The position numbers and the translations under genes were made by a program. Positions 54,241 through 64,000 of a stretch of DNA of 64,000 bases are shown in pieces; position 1 is the first letter of the stretch, and the number at the start of each line of letters is the position of its first letter. The stretch is taken from contig JAYWIR010000003.1 in NCBI GenBank assembly GCA_036172245.1, forward strand, positions 3,658,001 to 3,722,000, given 5' to 3'. This DNA is from Raillietiella orientalis (Eukaryota). Below the pieces are notes generated by a model. It ran no database searches. It worked only from the letters and a program-made list of their open reading frames with translations, and had not been told where the DNA came from.

Positions 54241-55899
54241 GTAAGAATCTTCTTCCATTCTTTCAAAGAAAGATGTGATAAGTACATGTATCAGTGCCTA
54301 GTTTAAGATACGAACGGACGATTTTTCGAAAGTGCTCGTAACAGCGTTTTGTTTTGCTCTGTTTTTTTTTTTTTTCGTTTTGAAGTGATCGGGGCGCAGC
54401 GGAAAACCGCAAGTGCCAAGCGGGTCAAGCACTCGGCGCTCTGTTCGCTCCCTGGCATAAGTCCGTGTGTCACACATCCCCTGAGGATCACTGTGCGGCG
54501 CAGTGCGTTTTCGTGTCCCCAGAGTGTTCTCGGACGCCGTCCGGCATGCCGGCGGCGCCATGGCGGCGCCCAACTTCCCCGCCTTTTCGAGAAGCTCAAC
54601 AATGCGTCCTATTTATAGCACCGCCGGTTGTGGCGCACCCGCGCGGTTTGCGTGGACGTGCTGTTCCGGCGGAGTGGGGCGTGCTGCCGGGATGCCCTGT
54701 AGAATACCGGCGGAGGAATTCGTCGACCTGCCCCTGCCACCGTCACGATGCGGGAAAGCCATCATCGTCCCATCCTCCGTGACGCGCGCCGGATCCAAGC
54801 GAAGCGGGCGACCTCGTTGGAACAGTCGAGAGTGGTCGAGTCGGAGGTGGTGGTCAGGAAGGGCCCCCCCTTTACCGGACCGAACTGCCGTGTCGCCGGG
54901 CCGAACCGCTCGCCACGAAGCGACGGCTCCGCCCCGTGGCTCACACGCGCCGTCCGAAGGAACCGTTCCTACGGGGGTCGGACGCTTATAGATCGCCTCG
55001 TACGAGGTTCCCTGCGTTTTGCTCGCTCGATCCGTTCCTCCCTTTCCGATCCTGAACTTATCTGTCGGGTTGGGACGAGGTCTCCGGGCATTCCGAGCAC
55101 GAGAGACTTCGAGAAGGACGCCGCGAGCTCTTCGAGCGGGGTCATCAGCGGGTCCGGGAGGTCACCTGTGTTCGCACCGGAAAGGAAGTGCGCGATCATC
55201 GACCGATTCCCCTGGGAGGGCATCCTTGCTTCTTGTGGGTGGGGCTGCGCCATCTGGAAACGATCCGCCGTGGAACGGAGGGCTGCCACGTCCCCGGTCC
55301 CCCGGGAGTCGTTGCTGGAACGGCGACACGTAGTCCAGCTGCTCCCTCGATTCGTCCCGGACGCAGCTGCCGAAGGCTGCTCCTGCAGCGGCAGCAGCAG
55401 ACCGAAGCGCTTTTAAAGAACTCTTGGAACAGCACCTGAGCCCGGAGAGCGGAAGCCGAGGAACGAGGAGCTGGCGCCCGCCGGTCCGCTCCCTGTAGCC
55501 ATTCCCATCCTCGCCCCCGGGTCCTGACGGAGGACCCGCACCCTCTCAGGAGGCCGAGAGTCCTCTGCTTCTTGCGAGGGCTGGCCGTCTGTGGTTCCGT
55601 CCTGCTAGAGAGGAGGCGCTGCCACGTTCCGTCGGTGGCGGCGCTGATGCTCGGCAAACCCTTCCTCTTCCCCCCCCCTCCCCTCCCGCCCTCCTTTCCT
55701 CCCGTCCCCGGCAGACGAAGTTTCGACCTGGCAGCTTCCGAGCGCCGCTCGCGAGCGCGTGCGCAGCCTGGAGACGGCCGCATGATGAATGGAGGTTTCT
55801 CTTGCCTCCCCCCTCCCGTCTTCCCCCTCGAGCGCACGCTTTTCCTACGCGCCGCGGGCGCCCTGCAGTGACCCTCTTGGTCCCGAGCTCCCGGACTCG

Positions 55900-58800
55900 C
55901 TGCCCTGTGATCGAGGGGTCTTCCGTCAGAATACGTCCAGCGGAAGGCACCGAGGAGGCGAGTGAGCAGGAGAGGCCAGACGGAAGGGCCGGGGTACTGC
56001 CAGCTGGGTCACGTCGCTCCCTTCCGCCTTCTCCAGGAGTCGCAAGTGCACGGGAAGGGGGTGGAGGAAGACTCTCCCGTGGCACCGCCGTCGGGCCACT
56101 CCCCGTTCGCAAGGGACGCCGCCCCGAGGCGACGCGAGCGGCGGGAGAACCGAACACCAGTTCGGTCACGAACCCCCTGCCCCTTCCTGGCCCCTCCTCA
56201 CCTCCCGCTAAGGCAATGCCGGGAGTGAGGAGCGCGCCTTCTCCCTGGTGGGATCGCGACACGCCTCGGGGGCTCCTTCGTCACGACGGAGGCTATCGGG
56301 CGGCTCGCAGGCGACTGCCCCCCCCGTGCCTCCACGGCCGGTCCCGGCAGACACGAGCCCTTCCTGACAGCTCCCTTAGTGATGGGCGACCCCCGGTCAT
56401 CTCAACCCTGTTCCGGAGCGCCCTGGGGGAGCACCGCCGCGGTCGAGGAGAAGGCCGAGGAACGGACCCCGTTCTTCAGCTTCTCTCGGTCCAGTACGCG
56501 AAGCTGAGAGACCGGCCCATTCCTTGCGCCCCCTTCCTTCGAGCAGCCTTTCTTGGTGGAGATTCCCTCAACACCCCGCAGTAGGGTGAGGAGGGTCCCC
56601 CGGAGTTCGAGGCCCCTCAGGGCTCGTAGGAGCCGGACGGGAGACGGGGAGAAGGAGCCCTCTGAGGCAGCTGCCCTTTCGCCCTACTGCGGGGTCGCGA
56701 GCTGTCCCGACCCAGCCGGTCCCTGCGGTCCGCATCGTGCGCGCCCTCTTCCTGTCTCTCGTCCGAACCCGCGGGAGCCGCTCTTCCCCTCCGGTTCCCG
56801 AGGAGGAAGGGATGCTCGAGGGTGTCTTTCGGCAGGCTTCCTCGAGGGTTCGGGTGAATCCAGCACGGGGCGCCACCACCGGCTGCGGAGAGGTGGAGAA
56901 GGGAGGGGGAGGGAAGGATTGGGGAGCATCGGGACCCGACGCGGGGGCTGCGAGGCCCCGGGAGATGCTTTCGAGTTGTGGGAACTCCCCCTCCAAGAAG
57001 AGGTTCGGATTTTATGGCCTCTCGGGCGCCACGCGGAGGCACCTCCAAGCCGTCGCGCGCCATCGTCGCGCGCTAGCCGCGTCCGCTCGCGTGCGCGTCC
57101 CGGCCGGAGATTTATGGGCTCCTTGAGAGGCGGCGACAGCCTCCCGCGCTCCCGGTGGAACCCGCCTGATTTACGCGCGCCCGTGATTTACGCTTCCCGC
57201 GAGGAGGGAGTCTACCTCGTCCCGGGGCGAGGGCTGGGGAGGAGGAGGGCGAAGGGGACCCCTTCCGGACCACCGTCAGCTGCGCAGAGCCCGGTGGCCT
57301 CGGGTTGGAAGAGGGAGTCACATCCCTGGATGTAGCGGGGACGAAGCGGGGATCTCCAGGCACGGCCGGAAGTCTCAGGGAGGGAGGGGAAGAGGGAAAG
57401 AGCGCTCAATCGGGCATCTCGGGGCGCACCAGCCGGATCCACTCTTCGATGTCGGCGATCCAGAGCGACGGAGAAACCTGGCCGACGGGCGGCGCGTTCT
57501 CGTCCGCATCCTGAAAGAGAGGAGGGTGAACCAGGACGGAGAGTTTCGGGCTCGCGGTCTGAGATGAATGCTTCCGCCGACATCCGCGCTTTCCGGGAGC
57601 GGTCCGACCGGATGGGCTGCGGAGGCGCGGGGGGACGACCCCGGAACCTCCGGGTTATCCCCGTGCAAGAAGGGACTCCGCGAGAGGCCGGGGGCGGGTG
57701 GAGGGGAGCGTCCTGCGTGTCCAGCACGCTCGTCTCGGGAGGAGACACTCCGGTCTGAGAGGCGTCCACCGGGACAGGTCTGGGCTCGTCCGCCCGCCGG
57801 TGCTGCTTCCGGCGTTGGGCGACGCCATCTGCTTGCCAAACGCCGGGGCCATGGGGTCCGTCCTGCGAAGAGGGGTGGACGCGCCCTCCGCCGGCAGGGG
57901 TCACGGCTGCACCAGCTGCCAGGGACCTCCCATCCTCCTGTTACCACCGGGGGGCTTCTTCGAGCGTGGTCGTGCAGGCGCGCGTGCTTCTGCCGCCTCT
58001 CGCGACGAGGGGCGTCCTGCCTTGCTGGGTCCACGGGACCGTCGCGTCGCCAGGAGCTTCCTGGGCGCTCGGTGGAGAGGCTCCTCTCCGGGGGGCCTCT
58101 TCTTCCTGAGGGCTCCCCTGCTAGGGAGGCGACCTCGCAGTCCCATCCACCCGCGTGCGTCCCCGCTCTGACCCAGGAATGACCTCCGGAGGCCTGCCCT
58201 CTCGAAGTCCATTTGCCGTCGAGAGGTCAAGAGCGGACCGCAGCGGGCCGAAGGTGGCCCACTCTTTGCCTCTGCTCGCGTCTTCGACGGCCGCTTCGAT
58301 GCGAGGCGCGACCACGTCCCGGGGAGCACGCGCGTGCTGGCGAGACCCCCCGAGGACTTGCGAGAGTTCGTTCGAGAGTCCCCCTGGGGCGCTTTCCCGC
58401 TAGCGACGCCGCATCCCATAGGGAAACGGGGGGCCACCCCACGGGTCGACCCGGAAGTATCGAAGAGGAGACGCAGAGAGCCACCACTGGATGCTGCCGG
58501 GGGTTCTCTCCTGGCGGCCTTAGGGCTGCCTTTGCCCTTCAGCCCCCTCCCGATGTGCGGTTAATCTCCTGCGGTGGCGGCGGCCCTCCGGCTCTCGAAC
58601 CTGCACGCACCCACCGCCGCCGGTCCAGCTCCGGGAGTACCCACGAGGCCGCCTCGAACGCCTCCATGGGTCCGGGGTAGCGTCCTCGGTTGCCGCGGCG
58701 ACGCGGACCGGGAGCGTCGGCGATGGAGGAACCGGGACGGCAGGGGGAAGCGCCGACCTGGACGACGAGCCACGCTGCTCCTGATGACGTCACGCGCCGG

Positions 58801-61800
58801 TCGCGACCCGATGGGCGTCCTCCACTCAGAGGCAGACAAGGGGCGAGGGGCATGGCCCACCTGGGCAGAGCCGAGGCCACGAACGGAGCCTCCTCGATCG
58901 CGGCTGCGCGCAACCCATCCGGTGGTCCGGGCAACAGCTGCAGCCGAGCTCCGGCCGGCGTCGCGTGCTCCGTGGAGGCCCTTCGTTCGAGTTGCGCAAG
59001 GCCGCCTGCGGGACCGCGGCCAGCGATGAGCCGTCCGCGATGGACCGCCACTCCCCCGCCCTCTGCGGGAGGCCGCCAACCGGGGAAAGCCGGCGGGGCG
59101 CTCTCGGACGAGGAGGAGGAGAGGCCGCCGCGCGGGGGTCGCAGCCTTGGCAACAGGAGGGCGCTTGCGAAAGGTTGCGAAAGACTTCGTGACGGCGCGG
59201 CCGGCCGGCGAGAGACTCCGGGAACGGCGGTGACGCAATCGCCCGGCTCCCGAAGAGCGGCGCGGAGAGGGGCAGCCGGGAGAAGGCGCAGCCGTGAGCG
59301 AAGGCGGAGGCGCTCTTCGTCCTGGAAAACGCGGCGGAGACAGCAGCTCTGCGGCGAGGCGGAGATGCCGTCGCCGTAGCACTCCAGGACGCGAGCGCTC
59401 GTGGACTGCAACAGCCGGCGCGGGCGAGCACAGGTCCGGAGCCGGGAAAGACCTCACGGCGCGCAGGCGCGCTCTACCCAACCAATCCTCCCCCCCCCTC
59501 CCTCTCCTTCCTTCCCCGCATCCATTCCTCCCGCCGGAAGCGGGAGAGGAGCCGTGCCAGGAAAGCTCCTTTCGCGGCGGGAGGTTTCGCTCCAGCTGTT
59601 CTGCGCCCCCTTCCCCTTCCTCCCCGGTCTTCTCCTCGCCTCACGTTGCCGGCTCGGTTAGGGAGCGGCCGGCACAGAGGAGTACTCGAATTTTCCTTGG
59701 GAAGCCCGCAGGAGAGTCGTGGAAGGCCAGGGATGCAGGTGCTGCTGCAGCCGCCAAAGTCGCTGGTCGCCGACCAACGGCAGCGACGTCTTGGCGTGCG
59801 ACCCGCTGTCCGGTGTTCCGGCTCCCTGCCATGGCTCTTATTCGGCCAGGTCCTACGCCCGCGGGACCTTGCAACAGAGGGAGGAACGCTAAACGGAGAA
59901 GCATCCCCGAGGGGAAGGGCGGGTCTCTGGAGGAATTTCTGCTTCCGGAGAAAAAAGGGACGGGGCAGAGGAGGGTGCGAGGAGATGCAAGGAGCCCTGA
60001 GGAGTGCTGGTGGCTTCCAGCAGTGCCGCAGTCGGATGATAGGAGCTCCTGGATCAAAGGGGAAAAGGGAGGAGATAGGGGAGGAGAGGGAGGCTGTCGT
60101 AGTGTCGATCAGGAAGAAGAGGGGGAAGGGAGGAGGAGAAAGGGAGGAAGAAGAAGAGGAAGGGAGGAAGAGGAGTATTAGTAGAAGGAGGGTTGTCTTG
60201 GTGACGACGACGACGATGATGATGGTAGGGGTGGCGATGGCAACCATGAGAAAAGAAGGACGACGGCGGTGGTCACGACGGTGTCGTTCAATCGCTCGGA
60301 GGAAACCGGAAGCTCCGATCGTTATATCGGGGATCGGTGGGCGGGTGGGGTTGGGTGGTGCGGATCCTCTACGACCGCCATGTTCCTTCCTCCGCGCTTC
60401 CACGGTTGCGAGACGGAGCGCCTCTTCCGGCAGTCGGCGAAACTAGTCCCAGGCGCCTCCCTCCCCTCCTTGCTTGCCCCTCTCCCTCCCTCCTTCCCTC
60501 TTCCTTCCACGCGATCGCGCGCGGCCGTCCCTCCGCCTGCCACCGCCGCCGCCTCCGGACTCGCCCTCTGTGCCCGTCCGCCCAATTTTCGGCTCCATTA
60601 GCGGAGGATTTCACGCATCTGACGGTCCCTCTCCGCGGGCGCCCTGCGCGCACCCTCGAGGGCTGCTAATTGCGGAGGCAGCGGCGCACCATCGCGACTT
60701 GCAGCACCCCTCCCGCTCACCTTCCACTCACCCCCGCCTTTAGGGCTCCGCGCGACGATACGCCACTCGACGCGAGGAGTGAGCGGCGCCCGTTTCCCGG
60801 GTCACCGGTTGGCGCAGATGCCGGACGCCCCTCGGCTCCGTGGACAACCGGAGTCACCCACGGCGGCGGAAGCGACTCTCGTGCAGACTCTCGCCGCCAC
60901 TCTGCCGAGTAGAGCAGCAGTGTCAGGGAGGTTCAGAGGGTCCACACGGACGGGCGGCACACGGGACGCTCCGTAGCGACGACCACTGGGCGCGCGTTTC
61001 TACGCGTCGTAGGACGCACGGCGAGTGCGTCCGAAGCAGCGCCCGTCGCTGCTGCTTCCACTGGCGCATGCTGAGGCAGCGGAGCAGGCGGCAGGCGGTC
61101 CAGAAAGACGCGGTCCTCGAAATGCGCGAGGAGGGAGGCCCGAGGTGGGCTCGCGGTGCTGCGAGATGCGATTGGCAGCCGCCGTGAGGAGCCTGGGCAC
61201 CTCCCACGCCTGCGGCGGCGCTTTCCTCCCGATCGCGCCCGGACGGTGAGGAGGTGGGGGAGAAGGGGATGGCTGTCGTGGTGGCGATGACGAAGAGGAT
61301 GATGATGGCGACGACAGTAATGAGGAAGAAGAGGAAGGAGTCGGCGGAGGTCGTGGCGGTTCGCACCATTTGGGGTAATCACTGGCGAGGACCAAGCTTG
61401 GGGCAAAGGCGACAGCCGTCCCAAGCTCTGCTGGTCGCCATGGAAATCCAAATCCTCGAGTTGTTCTCTCCTTTTCCTGGAGGAGTGCTCTGGGAGGTCC
61501 CCAGGAGAAGGGAACGACGACGGCACGCGGAAGCAGGGGAGCCGTGGAGGATCGACAGGAACGTCGGAGGCCTCCCACCATGGATACCGTTCGGTCCTGG
61601 CCGGTCTCACCTGTTCTGTCGAACGCTAAGTCCGACCTCATCTCCGGGTCACACTTCGCAGCAGGCTCCCCGGGGGAAAAGGTGACTTTTTTTCTCTGGG
61701 GCTGGGCAGAGTTGAACCTGCCCCGCGGCGGTGATCCTCCTCTGTCGGCCGCCAGCGCCGGAGGCTGCCGGGGCAAGCGGAGGGAGGCGGGAAGGCGGAA

Positions 61801-62770
61801 ATGGCGTGCCCGTATTTCCCGGGCGCTGCCGTCGGTCCACGGCACCTCTCTGAGCGAGAGGACGGGATGTGGCCATCGCCGCCCGCGTATCGGTCGAGCC
61901 GCTGAGGTCCTCTCCGCGCGGTTGCCGACCACGAAAATGCTGCTCTTCTTCCATCAGAGGAAGCCGCCATTTCGAGAGAGGGATGAGTTCCCGGGAAGCG
62001 ACGACCCCTTCCTGCCGACGGCCGTGGGTGCCAGCCGGCGCTCGTTAAGTCTCGCGTTCTCCGGGGTCAAAATACCCCATCCCTTCCCTCGAGGTGGAGA
62101 AAGTCTCGCCGCATCGGAGGTCACCTGGTCTTCCCAATTCTGGATGCCGGACGGTGGACTCGTTCCCGGGCGCTCTCGGCGAGCAGAGCGACCAGCCGGA
62201 GAGAAGAGGCAGAACTCTCCTGGTGGTTGTTCCTAGGGGACCTTAGCACTGGTATGGGTGGGGCGATCAGGGAGGGGCCAGGCAATGGACCTGAGAGGGG
62301 CCTGGGGGCGGCCTCTTGGTCGGGGAACATAGGCAGAAGGAGAGACAGGAAGCGACCTTGGTTTCCAGGAAACCGGTCGGCAGCGGATGCCGACCCTGCA
62401 GCTGGACGTGAGCAGAAGGCGAAGACGGAGGAGGTTTCCTGCCTATCCCGCCTTCCTATCCGAGGCGAGGATGCCACTGACCCCAACGGACTGAGGTGCC
62501 TGAAATCCCCTTCTCCCTCCAGGGCGGCTTCCAAGGGGCGAGCCGAGCACCAGGAGGAGGGGAGAGGGGGGGCGCACATAATTCGAGGCGCAGTCCCGTC
62601 CTTCCGTCCCGCTGCCGTGCCGATGAGCCACACTCGGAGACAGGGCGTACCGGCCGAGTTCAGCCGTTCGTGGTCCGCTCCCTCGGCTGCAGCTGGCCGT
62701 CCGACCCCACCGGGAGGAAGAGGAGGAGGACAAGAAGGACGCACGAGGGCTCCCTCTTTGAGAGGTTCCA
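55900..62770 (-). mobile_element. Near full-length but heavily decayed Tx1/L1-like element in the GPCR intron
   Basis: ORF1-like FRGRQPR, GGDGHIPSSR, GKYGHAISAF (~61700-61950); a low-complexity S/P linker; APE-like GGGVAVH and WLVVQVGASPC; RT-like SVALDRRHRRVD, VVRKGSPSP, GAREAIKSEPLLG, EERLPRVRTR, GRKGSCLRGLLLP, all in order. It could be more than one insertion. Confidence 0.55.
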
Positions 62771-63660
62771 TTGATGGTTCCCCTGTCCACCGGGGAGGTA
62801 CCCCGGTTTAGTCGTCCTCATGTTCTGTCCTGCAAGCAATCCGAATCATGGGAGGCAGGCGGTTCTTACCTCGGGCAGACCTGCATTCCGCGGACCCTCC
62901 GGGCTAGCCTCCCGAAGACGCTGGCGGCGGCGACCTGGGAGTCGACCCTCCGGTTGCCAGGCTTTCTCAGAAGGGGAGCTCTTTCGGGAGGAAAACGATC
63001 CCTCCCTGCTCCCAGAGGGTCGAAGGGCGGGAGATCGTCCAGGGGACGAGCACGCACAGACATGCCGTCACGAAGCCTCGAGGATTGACTATTTCGGAAG
63101 CGCCGCCTCTTCCCGGACCGTTTCTCAGCCTGTCCCCGCGGGGGAAAGAAGACGAAGCGGAGGGAGTGCGAAGGGCACCGTCCCTGGGGGCAGAGGGGTG
63201 GAGAAAACAGACTAGGAAGCCGCGCGGGATTTCCCGTCGAGTCCCGCCCTCTTCGCGGGCGCTTCCTGGTGCTCCTGCTTGGCCTCCGAGATCCGGAAGA
63301 CAGGTGGACAGGTGTCGCCTCCTCCGATCCCGTGAGCGTCCGCCAAGCCCTCGGGAAACGTCGCCGCAGGTGGGGGTGACCATACGTTCAGGAGGATGAT
63401 CTCCAGGAGGTCGCACCATCACTTTCCTGGCGTCCCGCTCCTTCGTCAACGTCGGAGCTGGCCTCTGGCCTTTCCCTCGTCCTTCTCGCTATGGGTGCTC
63501 CGCCGCCGTTTTGCGGCCACGTCCGTCTCGACTCCGAGGCGCCGCCGAATGACATCGCGAGACAAATGTAGACTTCCTCACCATCTTCCGCGCTCCTCCT
63601 CCCCCCTCTTCCCTCTCGAGGTACTCCAGCGCGATTCTCACGGACACTGCTCCTTTGCAG

Positions 63661-63793
63661 GCCGAGCAGCTCGCCTTCCTGTCGACGCTCTTCGTCTTCA
63701 TCCTCTTCGGCAACATTGGCGTCATCCTGGCACTGCTGGCGCAGAAGAAGAAGTCCCGCATGAGGTTCTTCATCTTGCAGCTGGCGTTCACAG
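63661..63793 (+). CDS. CCAP-R: CCAP-receptor-like (NPS/vasopressin receptor group) GPCR exon, TM1-ICL1-TM2 start
   Basis: AEQLAFLSTLFVFILFGNIGVILALLAQKKKSRMRFFILQLAFT, with the TM1 GN and the KSRM.FFI.QLA signature. Acceptor tcctttgcag ends at 63660; the phase-1 donor gtactc falls at the position of the TM2 Asp. Confidence 0.9.
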
Positions 63794-64000
63794 GTACTCG
63801 TGTGTTCACCTGCCGGTCGGGGGCGAGGAAAGCGAGGGGATCACTGCATCCTGGTCCCTAGACTTCACCTCCCGGATCCATTCGCGAGGCTGAGGAAGGG
63901 GACAGGGACAAGGGAGCCTCCCTCCTGCCAGATCAGCCTTTCCTCAGACACGCGAGATGCTAAAGCACCACCGCCCCGCTTCCAACGCTTCCTCTCGCGT

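Noticed and set aside
60040..61369. Signal-peptide-like hydrophobic ORFs on the minus strand
   Set aside because: They derive from GAG/GAC/GAT low-complexity tracts within the retroelement relic.
1..64000. CRISPR arrays, operons or prokaryotic defence systems
   Set aside because: No spaced repeat arrays or dense gene blocks; the sequence is spliced eukaryotic DNA.

Overview
Eukaryotic, GC- and CpG-rich, intron-dominated DNA, most likely from an arthropod. Two spliced genes are supported by exon and splice-site reading. (1) An unorthodox AQP11/12-like aquaporin on the minus strand, with exons 3825-3637 and 1353-1161. Its start exon was not found and its 3' exons probably lie beyond the left edge. 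(2) A CCAP-receptor-like GPCR on the plus strand, with coding exons 54154-54240 and 63661-63793 joined across a 9.4-kb intron and continuing past the right edge. Much of the remainder is heavily decayed retroelement sequence, mainly Tx1/L1-like non-LTR relics and mostly on the minus strand. There is also a well-bounded hAT (Charlie-type) MITE, microsatellites, a perfect 25-bp hairpin, a ~0.8-kb repeat pair with a tRNA-like end, and an E-box/CRE cluster. The many overlapping long ORFs in the track look like GC-content artefacts. I found no convincing novel multi-gene system. Retroelement calls rest on degenerate motifs read by eye, their boundaries are approximate, and no database search was run.
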